Part shown: positions 1-14,349 of the stretch, in pieces | How positions within the stretch are numbered: position 1 is the first letter of the stretch | Layout: each line of letters starts with the position of its first letter | Origin: Mytilus californianus | Lineage: Eukaryota | DNA length: 64,000 bases | Direction of reading: 5' to 3' | NCBI RefSeq assembly: GCF_021869535.1 | Contig: NW_026262604.1 | Coordinates: forward strand, 56,482,001-56,546,000 | The notes under the pieces: model-generated | Databases searched by the model: none | The model's input: the letters and a program-made list of their open reading frames with translations, nothing else | Told to the model about the DNA's origin: nothing | Translations under genes and position numbers: made by a program

Positions 1-1724
1 TATGAAATCTACAAACAGAACAATAAACATATGTGTAGGTTTTACGTACACAAAATAATTTTGTTATTGAATTTTATCATTATTTGTCTACTTTCAGCTC
101 AAATATTGAAAAAACGTATTGGAATTTCACTTGGTGAACCTGGCCAGCATACATCCAACTGAGTTCTTATCATTGATTGGTAATGGTGGTATTTATGCAC
201 GAAATTATATTGAATTTGAATTGATTTCGAATAAAGCCGTAATAAGTCTAAGGATTTACATTCAGCTTTCTTTTTTGCAGACGCAAATCAAAAGACATTT
301 TTCTGAAAGACTGTCTTTGCCGTTACTATTTAGTATTTTACACATATAATAATTGAACCTTCATACTGAAGACGAACCTTGCTGACTTCAAAGATGTATG
401 ATATTGTCAAGCGATTTCCATATTTTATTTCGATTATGCATCTGTCGGCATATTTGTTCCTAGACACATCATGAGATCAGAACTTTGATATGAATACTTT
501 GTTTAAAAAAGAATAGAAATAATCAAATGATTTCAATTATGAAATGAGTTCGTGCCGATCAATCTATTTGTATGTGTAATAAAAAGATTCTAGAAATTCC
601 TAATGTATATAAGAGTGCCCGATTGTGAAGGATTAATTTAACTAAATAAGATTTTCGTACTATTCTATTTTTCAATCAACAACTTTGAAAAGTGGCTAAT
701 AAGAATCAAAGTGCCTTTGTCGGTAATGATTTTTCGTCCAATCAAAACATACGTTAGCCTGTTGTAGAGGATCGTCTATTCACTATTCATTTTAATTTTG
801 GTTACAACTGTCTGAGCGGTTTTGAGATGTGAGAAGATAAAAATCTGATTTCATAAAAGAATCAAATATGAAATTTGTGCCACCATTGCCGTCACATTAA
901 AAAGAAGATCTCTATAGAATATCTCAGATCATCAATCATGTAAAGTTATTGCATTCTAGTTGCATAGATTTCCTTTTCAATTGGCCAATCAGAATTAAAG
1001 ATTTAATCAGGCGGCCATATGCTTTGTTCTATTGGAACAATAAGGACCTGTTGTAGAAGAAAGTTGAGTAATAATTCCGGCTAGTAAGTTTAATGAAAAT
1101 TGGCAGAGTTGTTTCATGGACAAAGATGACATGTGTGATGAAGAGGAGATGAACATTTAATTTTCCATAATATTTCAATGAGAACGTAGTGCCTCCGATA
1201 AAATGATGATCGTTTGCAGAAGGTCCCCAAATCATTAAATCAGTAAATTTGAAAAAAAATATTTCGTCTTGTAGTTTCAAAGAATTTGTGTTAAACTGCA
1301 ATGTGAATCAGAGATTGACGCTGGCGGTCGATAATTTTTTTTATTTTGTCAAGTCAATACAGGTAAATATATAAAAAGCCTAAAATAACATTTGAATGTA
1401 ATATCCACGAACAAAAGAAATATTAAATCAAATTGATCGACGAAAAAGAAGAGGATGAAAGTTATATGGGAAGTTCACCTACAACTTTTGCCAAATACTT
1501 ATATATATAATATTAAACAATCAGTAAATCTGTACAACAACACATAAAACAGTGTTTTGTAATAGCTTACAGATAACGTATTAAATATAATCTTTTGAAG
1601 CAACAGTTGTTTAAATTAGCCACCTGGATTAATGATAAAGTTATATCCGGTAGTAAAGAGGATTAGGGATAATCTGAAAAGTAAAGTGTTATAATTCAAT
1701 CAGATAATTAGGAAATGCGTACAT

Positions 1725-1945
1725 GATATACCAAAGGGACATTCAAACTCACAAGTCGAAAATAAACTGACACCGCCATTGCTAAAAATGAAAAAGACAA
1801 ACAGACAAACAACAAAACATAAAACACAAAATAGAAAAACAAAGACTGAGCAACACGAACCCCAACAAAAACCAGTGGTGATCTCAGGTACTCCGGAAGG
1901 GTAAGTAGATTCTGCTTCATATGTGGCACCCGTCAACATGATATG
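1725..1945. repeat. Interspersed repeat, probably a PLE 3' tail (gataccaaagggacattcaaactc...ctccggaagggtaag family)
   Basis: Copies at about 17480-17648, 28060-28285, 29265-29480, 36820-36930 and 39100-39300. The PLE link is inferred from the similar tail after the RT remnant at 6530. Confidence 0.65.
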
Positions 1946-2207
1946 TTGCAACGGCTTTATATAATTACATGTTGAATATAGAGTTATTATTCGTTATCTA
2001 AGTATAATCTAACACTTATAATATGCTCATTGTGAGGCATATTTGTCAAGTTAAGTCTAAAACAAAAAAAAATGTTTTGTGTTTTTTAAGAGATTTACAA
2101 TGAGATCAAATGCATGTATTTATAGTTGCTATATTTACTACAGTAATGATATAACGACAATGATTATTTGCAAAGTCGTACTACGTAAACTAAGTTAATC
2201 TAACAAT

Positions 2208-2522
2208 AGATATAAGAAGATGTGGTATGAGTGCCAATGAGACAACTCTCCATCCAAGTCAAAATTTATAAAAGTAAACCATTATAGGTCACAGTACGGT
2301 CTTCAACACGGAGCCTTGGCTCACACCGAACAGTAAGCTATAAAGGGCCCCAAAATATTACTAGTGTAAAACCATTCAAACGGGAAAACCAACGGTCTAA
2401 TCTATATAAAAAACGAGAAACGAGAAACACTTATGAACCACATCAACAAACGACAACTACTGAACATCAGATTCCTAACTTAGGACAGGTGCAAACAAAT
2501 GCAGCGGGTTTAAACGTTTTAA
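2208..2522 (+). repeat. Abundant interspersed repeat (agatataagaagatgtggtatgagtgccaatgagacaac family)
   Basis: Further copies at 20446-20600 and 33293-33722; reverse terminal fragments near 23075, 29620 and 31080. Class not determined. Confidence 0.8.
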
Positions 2523-5489
2523 TGTCTTTCTATAACATTCAAAAGCGTCCCATCTTAAACCTGGTTTACATGCCTTTGCACTAACCTAAACTAACTAAAA
2601 TACGCATTCCAATGCACAGGTATTCATGAAATTACCTGAACTTGATGTTCTGAAGAACAAAGATTTTGGAAATAAACATACGGGTTTAGAGTATTTAAAC
2701 GTAGCCACAACAGCCAAACCTTATTAGTTCAATATTAAATACAGAAGTTCCGTTAATTTAGGTCGTGATACAGTTGTAGCAGTTATAATCTAAGAAGTTT
2801 AATGTTATTGTTCATCTAGCACCATTGAGTTACTTTATATATTATAATCAACTTGGTATTTTATGTTTTGTCTCGTGCGGAACTATCCGTACTAATTTAC
2901 AGAAGCTTGTAAAATGTTTTTATTATGACACCAAAGATGAGTCTTATTTAGAAGAAACGCGCAAGTTATACTCCTTGTACTGTGGTTAAATTATACAATC
3001 ACTAGGTTGATATCACTGATGGTGGAGGTTTCATTCATTTCACTGCTGGTTTTAAAACATTACTCGCATATTATAATAAACTATTCTAATTTGGTTATTT
3101 TTTTATTTGCCTAAATGTGTATCAAAGGTATGCGGTGGATCTACATGATACATTTATTTCCAATGACCGAAATCAGTGATGGTTTAATGTGACTATAACA
3201 CCAAGTGCCATTCACAATTCATTTCTTATAACTATGTATTATAAGTGCAATAATTATTTTGTCAAATGATTTTTATCAATTATCAAAACACCCTTTGTGA
3301 TGTTAATCATGTTAGTCCTAATGACCATAAGATGCATGTAATGTATTTTTTGTGTAATACGTATTACCATAGGCTAAAGATTGCCGCCTCAGCTGACATA
3401 TCACTACTTTATGTGAGCAGCAATATTTAAAACTTTTGCAGTATAATCGGAAATTAAAATTCTTTACTAAGTTTTAAAGAAATAGTATCGAAAGAAGATG
3501 GCATGACAAGGCCACATTTTGATCCCTTAATTTCGAAAAGTATAATAATTCTATTAAGTGACATGCTTCAGTGTTTTCGAAGACATAAGTATATCACCAT
3601 CAATATTTATGATTTTGAATTGGATCTTATATCTTTTGGTCACGTCATCATTCATGCTTTTCTGATTTTTATAAAACCTGGTTTAAACCATACATAAGTA
3701 ACTGCATATACTAAGTCTGGAATAAGACAGTTGTTTTCTATTCGTTTAATGTGTTTGAGCTGTTTATTTTGCCATTTTATAAAGGAATTTCCGTTTTGAA
3801 TTTCGCTTGGAGTTCGGTATTTTTGTTATTTTACTTTTTTCTACAAAAAAGCAAAACAAAAAACCAATCAACGTATTTCTTAGAGATGTCATATACAACG
3901 TGGATTACATTTGTCAATTTTAACATGTCTATGACGCCACAGTGACATAATAACCGGCATTTTGCACTAAATATCAAGATTGTATCATGCTTTTCATTTA
4001 TGAATGAACGCAATTTTGAAAAGATTAAAAATTTTACAATTTTTGTTCTATACCAGGGGTGCAATAATGTCTCTTATCACAGCTTATTCTTTGAGACGTA
4101 TAACCAACGGAATTTGAAAGGATTTATTATAACATCTTTTGGTTTTCTGTTATGAGGATAATGCGCCAAATAAGTAGTAGTAAGGTAATGATATCCTTAT
4201 TATGTACTCCTGTGAATAGATCGCTGGAATACTTTCTTTCTAAATGAATTATAACAGAACTGACATAACAATAAGTCTGCATCCATTTGGGATTCGCCAC
4301 TCGTGTGAGAAACTCTTCCAGTACAGTATAATTTTCATTAATCTGAATGCTTCTCAAATTTTACATTCAGTTTCTTTGCATGGTAGAATGCCACGTGTTT
4401 TTTTTCTGAGAATGAAGTCTGTCCTGCTTTTGAAACAAAAATTAGCATTTCAAAACAAAATACTTAATATTTCTATAGGGAATACAAATGATGATTTTCC
4501 ATTAAACACACATCATAAACAAAATAACTGAATGTTTTAAGCCCTTCCTTCCCCCAAAAGATAGGAAACAGTTAAGGTTAATTGATATGAGTATTCTTTA
4601 TATTCATAAAAGCATCAAGACAGAACAATCCTTAGTTATGAACTTTAGGCGTTGGATTTATTTTTTTGATAAAGATACAACTACAAATTATTCTTTATAT
4701 CTATAAAAGCATAAAAAAACAGAACAATCCCGAGTTATGCACTTTTAGGCATTGGATTGCCTTTTTTGTTATAAAGGTAATAAAAGATGATAAATATATA
4801 GCTACACATGTAAATAAAATACCCAAAATAAATTAAATATGAACAACAGGTCACAAGCGGCATGATAAAGATCGTAGATAAATAAATGTAGTCTGAATTC
4901 AATATATCTTCTGAATTAAATGGCTGATTAAAAAACTACTTCTTAAAAATTTGAAACCTCGTTTGATCAATATGTTAACCCACATTGTCCACTGGAAGAC
5001 ACAGTATTAATAAGATTTATAAACCATGAACATGAATCATTTTTTAATTTTTCTAGTTATTTTCATAACTTTATCTTAAAAAAAAGAAGCCCAAAACAAA
5101 TTTGCACAAAAGCAAGCAAACAAACAAACATAACACATAACACATACCCCCCCCCCCCCCCCCCCCCCCGGAAAAAAACAAACTACCAAACAACCAAACG
5201 ATATTAGTTATTAATTTAATATTGTGTAGTGTCATACACATTTTATTTCCCGTTAGAAATAAAAATTCTTGAGGACGAAATGTTTGCAGCGATTCCAAGT
5301 TAAGGAAAATCAATAATTATAGGCTATAGGTTGTAAGCAAATTCAAATCATCGTCAAAATTTATACAGACAATGAATATCATTAAAAAATCCAATTGAAG
5401 TCATATCGTGATCTTTTCAACAGATAACGACTTTAACTAGAATCCATGACAGACGTAATGATTTCATAAAAAAAGAAAACTATACGTTA

Positions 5490-5990
5490 TAAATTTTACG
5501 CGTCCGAAGCCCTTTTCTGGATTTACCTTCATCAGGAATGCTCAAAGCCCAATATTTGGAACCAAGGATGTTATAAAGACCGAAAACATTGAAGAGCTAT
5601 AATCCAAAAAGGACCTAAAAAAATATCCAAATCCATCTAAGGCCAACTTTACCTGAGGGAGTTGAAACCTTACTTTCTGCATGATTTCAAAACTTATTAA
5701 CGTGCAATTTTAGATAGTTCATCTTTCCATTTGTTCACTTTCTATTTCCTATTCCTATCATCACCTGCCGTATGGTGTATACATATCTCCAACCGGTGCA
5801 TTACATGTGCGCGGATTTGCATATAAGATATTACGATGTCTCTGCTGGTGGACATGTTGTCCCCGAGGACATCATCCGCACAGTAGCATTTATGCATGAA
5901 TTTACAAAGATCAGTCTTTTTCTTTTTTAGCCATGGCGTTGTCAGTTTAAATGTCACTCTGGTATCCTTCGCCTCTCATTTACATTTGCG
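5490..5990. mobile_element. Composite PLE/retrozyme debris
   Basis: AAGCGCTT-family hammerhead repeat on - (5500-5720), SPAYGVYIS-like RT fragment on + (about 5760-5795), monomer 5' fragment (5840-5885) and tail fragment (5900-5990). Confidence 0.55.
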
Positions 5991-6030
5991 CCAAAAATGT
6001 CATTACGTTTGCGCGGATTTAAAAAAAAAA

Positions 6031-6078
6031 GTAATTTACGAGCTGTTTCGTCCCTGCCAAGCATACTCGTCAGATGGC
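6031..6078 (-). ncRNA. Hammerhead remnant (ACAGCTGT-like family)
   Basis: Reverse complement: CTGACGA GT...AC GAA A cagctcg T A. Core intact, stem I not formed. Confidence 0.5.
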
Positions 6079-6529
6079 TTTATATAACAGATGATGTATA
6101 TATCTAGCGAAACCTCTCACTTGTATGACAATCATATATATTCCATTATATCAATTTATCCAATTCAATTATTTTCTTTGTATAAGTTTTGCCTTACACG
6201 ACTTTTATTTGTTAGCGATAGTTTTACTTCTTATTCCTTAAAAAACGTTCTTATGGACAAAATTACACCAACCAATTGGATGGATATTTTCTCAGTATAA
6301 AAAAGATAATAAGGCATAATAGTGAGTTGAATTTACTAGCATGTTAAATATCCAGGTAGATCTATAGGTTAAAGTCGCCCAATTGTAATATTTTTTTTGT
6401 TCATATGTAATGATCGTGGATCCCCAAATCCGCGCAACGTAACACGCTCTCTCAATTAAACACTTTACTTTCGTGCATGTTATTAATATACAGACTTCAT
6501 TAGCTCTACACAAAAAACTTCACCATCAG

Positions 6530-6815
6530 AGGTATGAGGAAAAATGACTTAAATAGATCTTTCACAAGTTTAACGGTCACCATCCCAAACGTGTTGATCG
6601 ATACGATGTGTCTGTGTTTCCACTCGCTAGCGACCTGTTTTCGTAGTCTTCGATCTTTAGAAAACAGAAGTGTTGTCTGATCTCTAAATTTACCGATTCT
6701 TTCATATTCCTGATTGTGACATTTTGAGTAAGTGTTAATATGCATGGCATGTGATGCGTGCATGCAGAAGACGCTTAACCTGTGGACGAATCTGGTATCG
6801 CCCCTTTTGGTGTTT
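6530..6815 (+). pseudogene. Penelope-like RT C-terminal remnant plus 3' tail
   Basis: YEEK*LK*IFHKFNGHHPKRVDRYDVSVFPLASDLFS* with in-frame stops, followed by a tail resembling the gcag..gctta.cct repeat family. Confidence 0.55.
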
Positions 6816-7997
6816 AGGAGATTAAATTGTTTTACCTTGACTTATATCTTCTTAAGAAATTTATGAGATTTGAGCAACTATAATATACTGTTGCTTCTAA
6901 CTGATGCAGAAGAAATGGACATTAAGCGTCAAACTAAGAGATAAATATAGCAATAGAACTCTTTTGGAACGTGATTTGTTCGGCATACCAAAGTTAAGAA
7001 AATACAATGATTTACGTTCAAGGCTTTCGTTTAAATAAAAGAATCTTCAAAACAAGAAACTTGTCACATTTATAAATTATATTTCACGCAAAAGAAAAAA
7101 ATCGACATAAAAGCGTCAACGGACGATACAAAATATTTGAAATCTATTCAAATATAGTATTGGTTATTTATATTAAAACAAATTAGTATCTCCTGAATAT
7201 GTGTGAAATATTTGCCACTCGACATTAAGCGACTTAAAAATTATAAAAATTCAAATTAAAAATTAATAAACATATTTTGACTTACAATTATAAATGCGAT
7301 TATCACTCGAACTATACAAGGCCTTTTACTTGTGGTAGGTAAACAATACAGAAAGTAATATAGACTATTCAATTATTTTCTTTATATAACAATCTGCATT
7401 TAAAGGAACGACTGGTTTTTTTCTGAATATCTATTCGAGATGTTAAATGGGAGTAAATCTGATAATGGGAACACAAATTAGACAAAATGTTAAAAAAATA
7501 TAACTTAGCTCTACATGTAGTATGTTTGCATAGGTTTTCATCCATTTTTGCTTTAAGTTGGCTTTTCGCAAAACAAGATGAAGATTTTAGAATAGATCGA
7601 CATAAGTCAGAATGAGGTTAACGCATTTTATGTTTAAACTAAAGTAAAAACCATAATTACATGTAGCTTATTCTTTGAACGGTATCATAGCACCTTTATT
7701 TTTTAGAAAAGAGCAAACAAAAACATAATCGCATAAGACTTAGAGAGTTAAATAAAAAAGAAATGAGGTAGACGATCCCCTCAACAAATTAACCGAACAA
7801 ATCTAAACAACACAAAAGAAAAGAAATCAAAAGAAGATTGAACAAACAAATAAACCAACAAAACACTAAAAACAAGAAGAAAACCGAACACATATTTTTT
7901 TGTTCGAACTGTCATTGTTAATTATAGAATAACTAATCGAAGAACTTAAATAGAGTAAAATATTCAACGAGTGACTTAATGATGAAAATTATAATGG

Positions 7998-8312
7998 GTG
8001 GCTGCTTAACGTTCAGCGGCAAATAATATGCATATTCAGTTACTGTAATAGGAATATATATCCTGCTTTGCACTAGACCGACACTCTAAGCCGGAATTTT
8101 AACGTGCTAGTTCCAAAGGTAACAGTTCGCAGGAACACATGTCACCCTACCCGGACACATTATTCTGATTCTGACTACGAGCCGACCGGTCTTACTCCTT
8201 AATGCCGCGTGTTTAGCAGAGAAGCAGCAAATACCAATTTTAAAGTCTTTGGTTTGACCCGGCGGGGGTTCGAAGTGAGGCGAACATGCTACCACTACAC
8301 CAAAGAGGCGGT
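7998..8312 (-). mobile_element. tRNA-derived SINE (Meta-domain-like)
   Basis: Reverse complement begins accgcctctttggtgtagtggtagc (A box), with a partly deleted B box, then taaaattggtatttgctgcttctc...gcattaaggagtaag as recalled for MetaSINE cores. Confidence 0.7.
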
Positions 8313-10428
8313 ATAAAGATTTAAACATCGGTAGACAACATTTGCCTTAATTTATAACACTGATTCGTTATGACTGACTTGATTGTTTTAAGACACTCGC
8401 TATTCAGTTTTTTCCATGACTGAATTTGTTTGACCAAATACTTTTATTTATTCAAATCAAAGAAAAAAAGGGAAATTCTTAAAAAAAAACGGATTTTGAT
8501 GTTGATGCGATTTGGGTTTTTTTTTAAAGTTAAGTTGCAGTGTCATGGACGTGTACCCCCATTTTCTTTTATTCATAAAAATGTTAAAAGTCACTAATAT
8601 ATCGTACTTTCGTAAACCCGTCATTGCGTAATTTCCAATATGTATCACGACCGTCTCGTTGATTCATAAGTACAATTAAGCTTTCTGTTATCACTTATCT
8701 GCCATCACACGAATTGACTTAACAATTAAGCATTTCTTTTTTTCGAGGCACTTCATCAACGTCTATAGCGCTAATAAACTATCATTACAAAGACGAGGAA
8801 AAAAACTGTAGAAATCCAATTTGTTGTATTACGCTGAGCTGTTCACATAACATTGTCTACAATTAGAAATATACAAACGCTGAGTAGTATACTGAATGTT
8901 CATTCAATAAAATACCCCACGCAATGATGATGTGAAAAAATATATAACGCCCCCGATAAGCTCAGAGGTAAAATGATTAGCTATGCTTAATAGTCTCATT
9001 ATACTATGAATATTCATCAACTGTATATAAACACAACATGTGTTATGTTTTCTAAATTTGTTTTTGCATTTGACGGAACATTATTTCGAAGTTTGTAAAC
9101 TTCAGCATTGAGAAAGGTAAGTACTCACTTTAATTAAATAAGAAATACATAAAAATTATTACGGCGTTACAACTGTTTGCTTCTTCCACTTTACAAATTG
9201 AGTTCTATATTTCAGATGCGTTACTAATAGAAATTATATTTTAACATTCTAGTAAATATAAATATGCAGAAATATGATATATTAGACAAATATCATTGGG
9301 ATGATATTTAATACTTCAAATAATACATGTACATCCGAAATGTTAGTTTATAAATGATACTCTTTCATATCTTCTGAATGCATAATAATTGTATAAAAGA
9401 CAACCAAAAAACTACTTATATGTTATAGATGTGTTATTGTTAATGATGTGTTTGAGCTTTTGATTTTGTCATTTTATAAGGGACTTGCCGATTTGATTTT
9501 TTCCTTGGCGTTCGGATTTTTTGTTAATTTACTTTTTATGCAATCTATGCCATTAAACATTGACAGAGGCAAAGTAATGAGGATACAATTAAATAAAATG
9601 GCACTCCATGTATATTACCTTAAGGAAATGTAATAATTCTAAGTTAAATATATCAAATTATCAAATTAACGAACTAGCATAATGTAAATATTTTGTAAAA
9701 ATGTCCAATTATAATGTTCAAATCGTAACCGAAGTTTCTTGTCTCCATTGCATGTAACAATTTGCAGATGTACACTTTTGTATACATATTTCTTTGTAGA
9801 AACACTGTTTCCGAAATGTTAGCTTATAAATGATAAATGAAACATTTTATTCCTACTTATGATGACTTCACAACGTACATGAAAATCCAAAAGCAACTAA
9901 GATTTATTTTTAAGCCATCGATGCCATCAGTGAATCCCCTTATAACAAACATTGTTAAAAACAGACGACTAATGTTATGATAAAAGTATTTTAAAAGACA
10001 CTAAATGAACATGATTCTGAGAAATCTAGTATTTTGCTAATACATTTTGAGAAAGTTAAAATAATAAGCTGCGTTTGTAATATTTTGTTAAAATTTTTGT
10101 CGATAATTCGCCGTTTCACGGTTTCCATTATGGGTAATATTTTGAAAAGCGCTAACTAAAACGTTGTGATTGGCTTACGTTTTAAACAATGAATACTCAA
10201 CCGAAGACGTGACAATGTTGTGACGTTAATTCATTTTGGAGTACTAATGACAGTTTGAACTGTTCTAAAGATTTTGAAAAGGTGAATTACCTGCTGGGTG
10301 AATAATTGGTAAGGTCCGAGACTTTTGTATTCATTTCGTGTAAGAATTTCAAATTACACTTTCTTTATTTCACAACACGTATCACAACGAACATAAAAAA
10401 ATGAAAACAACACGTTTAGTAATTTAAT

Positions 10429-10470
10429 GCGTCCGAAGCGCTTTTCTGGATTTACCTTCATCAGGAACGC
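10429..10470 (-). ncRNA. Hammerhead-like motif (AAGCGCTT family)
   Basis: Reverse complement: gcgttc CTGATGA aggtaaatcca GAA A agcgct T C / ggacgc. 6-bp stem I and palindromic stem III, but stem II is non-canonical (A.A closing pair). Confidence 0.65.
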
Positions 10471-13400
10471 TCAATGCCAAACATTTGAAATCCGAGGGAC
10501 GTATAAGTATCGAAACAATTATACGTGAAATTATAGTTTACAAAATAGATGCGAAAGATACAAAAGGAATAGTCAAACTCATCAGTCGACAACAAACTGA
10601 CAATGCCATGGAAAAAAACGAAAAACTACCAAAAGACAAATAACAGTATATAAAAATATATAAAATTCCTTGATAAGTTATATCAAGCGACCCTCATCCT
10701 GAGTTAGAAATGGTAGGTCTTTTGTTTCTGCTGTTCTGGTAATTCGAGAAATCTCTAGATAACTTTTGGTTAGAATGATAGCAAATTACAGAGTTATCTC
10801 CCTTTAATTGTTAATTTCTAGTGCATTTCAACCAAATTATATCTTGAATTACCAGAACAGGACAAGGAAACGAATGTTATATTCATGCACCATGATACAA
10901 TTTGAACATAAATTAATGTCAACTTGAGTGGGATTTTTTTGTCATGTTTTCACCACTGCCTGATTCTTAGGCAGATTGTCACTTAAGACACTAAGGTTTC
11001 AAATCCCTTAGGCAAAGTTGACCTTAAACGGATTTGGCTATTATTTTAGGTCGTTTTGGTCATATAGCTCTTCAACTGTTTCGGTTCTTATACATTCTTG
11101 GCTTTCAAATAATCGGCTTTGAGGGTTGCTGAAGCATCTAAGGTAAATCTTCAAAAGCGCTTCGAACGCATGAACTTATAAAGTGTTGTTTTCATTTGTT
11201 TAAAGATATTTTACAGACTATTAAACATAGACATTGCAATAGAATTCAATTAAGAACATGTAAGTACAGTATTAAGGGGAATTGTGCTATATTTTTATAC
11301 ACTATATGATAATAGAACGCTTATACGTACAAAATGAAGAAAAATATAAAAATTGTCTATCCTTTGTCCTAAAGATAACATGTACTTACACATTCTTATA
11401 CGAAAATAATATATACTATATATAGGACTGTAAAAACGTCCGTCAAGTAATGACATTGAATATTTGTAGTATGTACTATGGTCTATCAAATACAAAAAAA
11501 AGCTTACGACTAGAATTTACCTCATTATGTGACAAAAAGCTTATAACGACCAGCTTTACGTCACGCATATGCGCAGACGAAATGAATTTAGTTTGTAAGC
11601 CGGTCTTTCAAGAGAATACGATGAAAATTGTGTATAAAACTGGTTTTAGCTGTTAAACGCTATATATTTCTCTAGCGTTGTCTGGAGTTTGCATATGCAT
11701 ATTGTAAGTTAGACTCCGTTTTTTTAAGGTGAATTGGTTTGGTTTTGTCTTTTTGGATCATCGTTTATTTTTTAATGTTTCCTTGTAACATCCAATATTG
11801 ATGACATATCTTTGTTTGTTAACTTCTGTGATACAAGGCGCGAGGCTTCCAATGCGTATCTGAACATCTAAATTTAAAACCACAGGGTCAAGGTAAAATA
11901 ATTTAAATAAATTTGAATGAGAGGACACGTGCTTAAATCTGTTCTACACAAGATGGAGCTTTTCTGTATGATATCTGTAGTTTGAAAAATAAGTTTCAAA
12001 AAGACCTGCTGTTCATGAATTATATTTCTAATTTTCTAATGCTTACAATTTAGTCAAATATCAATAAAATGTTTTCGAGCTTCTGATTTATTATGCCAAA
12101 TCTCAGTATACAAAATCAACAATTCATAAATTTCGTTGGTCCGATGCTCTTTTATGGATTTACCTTCATTAGTCATACTCAAACCCCATATATTGAAAGC
12201 CAAGAAAGCATAAAAAAGTCAAAGAAATGAAAAAAAATCACTTTATTAATTTCATGCGTCCGATTCGCCAGAAACGTTAGCACGCTATTTCTGAAATTTG
12301 ATTTTATAGATAAAAATGTTTGGTTCATATCGACAAAGGCATATTTATATATAAGACAATCCAGCTACCTAGATTTTTTTATGGTAAACTAAGCCATTTT
12401 TGAATGCGACTATGATAAAACTGATAAAACTTTACCGAGGCGTAAGAACCGAATGGTTTTCAAAGACACTCAATGTAATCCATTCTAGCAATTTGTTAAA
12501 ACATAACCATAATGAAAATACAAACATTTGAGAGCTCATTTAGATACAAATACGAAGGACTAATTTTTTATGTTAACCTTTATTTTGTCTTTCGTTTAAA
12601 CTAAAACTATCATATTTTGCCCAGGGAATCCTTTTGCCAAATGGTGTCACCAAAAATTATATCTACTTATTTGATTAATAGATTGATCACACTTTACGTT
12701 CAGCGGCAAACAGTTGACGCATATTCAGCACGAAAACAAATTAAATTCAAAAGATAAGATCTGCAAAGTATTTGACAGAGTGAGGGGCAAAAGATTTAAA
12801 CTTAAATTTATAAAAAAAAGGAACATTGGCCGGATGCAGAAAATGTGCCTTCAAATAGACCATATACGGACACTTCGTCGAAGAGTTTGTGAAGTGTTCA
12901 ATAAAGTAATGAGATTAATGTACTTTCCGTATACAGGAAACCATAGAGCCAAACAGTGGCCCCTCTTTAGCATTGACTTCACTGCCAGAAAGGATAAGGT
13001 AATCATGTAAAATTATATATTTGGGGTAACAGTGTTTTGAATTAATGCATATAATTGTAATTGTTTTAAATTATTTTGACTTTTTAAAATTAACATTCTC
13101 CAAGGTTCATTAACTGTTCTTTTTTTGCCTTGCTTGTGAACAAAACAGGACACATTTCATTTATTTCTATCACTACGTTTACACAACTCAGTAAAGATTC
13201 TAATGCATCAAAGGAGGTCATCATACATATATCTTTAGTGTAATTAAAAGGTTTCCATGTACTTTAACATTCTTACACGAAATTTACATTGGACTGTAAA
13301 AACGTCAGTCAAGAAATAAAAATGATTAGTTGTAGTAATTTTCTGTCGATAACATTCAAACTACCTTAACCAATGTACTTTTACAGCCAAACAATTTCAA

Positions 13401-14349
13401 GAGCTTCGTATCGCTATGAAAGTGACCGCTAGTCGGCTCTCTGGTTGTCAGTCATAATCTTTTTTGCGAAAGATTGTCGACAGCCGATTCTACAACTTAA
13501 TATATTTTTCAATTTTAAGCCATTTATAGCTAACGTTTTTCAACTGCCACGCATTTACATATTACAAATGTTTTCTCAGATTATTGTGTTTTGACTTTTT
13601 TTGGTTTGCATTACAAAAACCATTGTTTAAGTTCTTTCAGAGTTTACTGATGTATTTATTATTTAAAAACGAAAATCCCTAAGGCAAAACTGACTTAAGA
13701 CTATATGGCTAACCCCTGTAATCCTGTTTGATTTTTATGCTGTTAAATGTTTAATTAACTTCACAAACTTTTGGTCTTAAGCGGTTATTCTAAAATCTTG
13801 TTTCTAGTGCATTTTAAGAAATATCAATTGTTCATATTATTTGTGTAACATGTTATAAAATGTTTTAAACGAAACCAAACAAAACGTAGTTGCATTTTTA
13901 ATAAGTTTTGGATTAAATTTCCTCAATAGTAATATTATTAATTTGAAGTCATTGTCGTCACAAAGGATATTCTATCCTATATAAGACTTATTAAAGTTCC
14001 CTGAAACAATCATTTTGACAATGCCTTTTTTTTTAGATTTGCAATATGTTTTTACTTCCTTGGTACATTTTATTTTCTCCCTTGTCTGATATCATACTAC
14101 TGTGAACTGTATAGAAAAGGGAGTTTCGTTTCGAAAACAGATAAGTGGATATATTTAAACATTGATATTGAAGTGTTTAAAAAAAAAATGTATTCAAAAA
14201 TTAAAAAAATAATTTTGAAATTAAAAAAAAAAAAAAAAAAATAAAAAAAAAAATAAAAATAAAAAAAATAAAAAAAAAATTGAGAAACATAAATTAAAAT
14301 TAAGACACATTTAATTTGAAGTTAAAAAAATAGAAATCAAAATTAAACC

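Noticed and set aside
119-1350. Short ORFs and somewhat GC-richer patches at the window start
   Set aside because: No recognisable motif, splice-consistent model or repeat partner could be supported.
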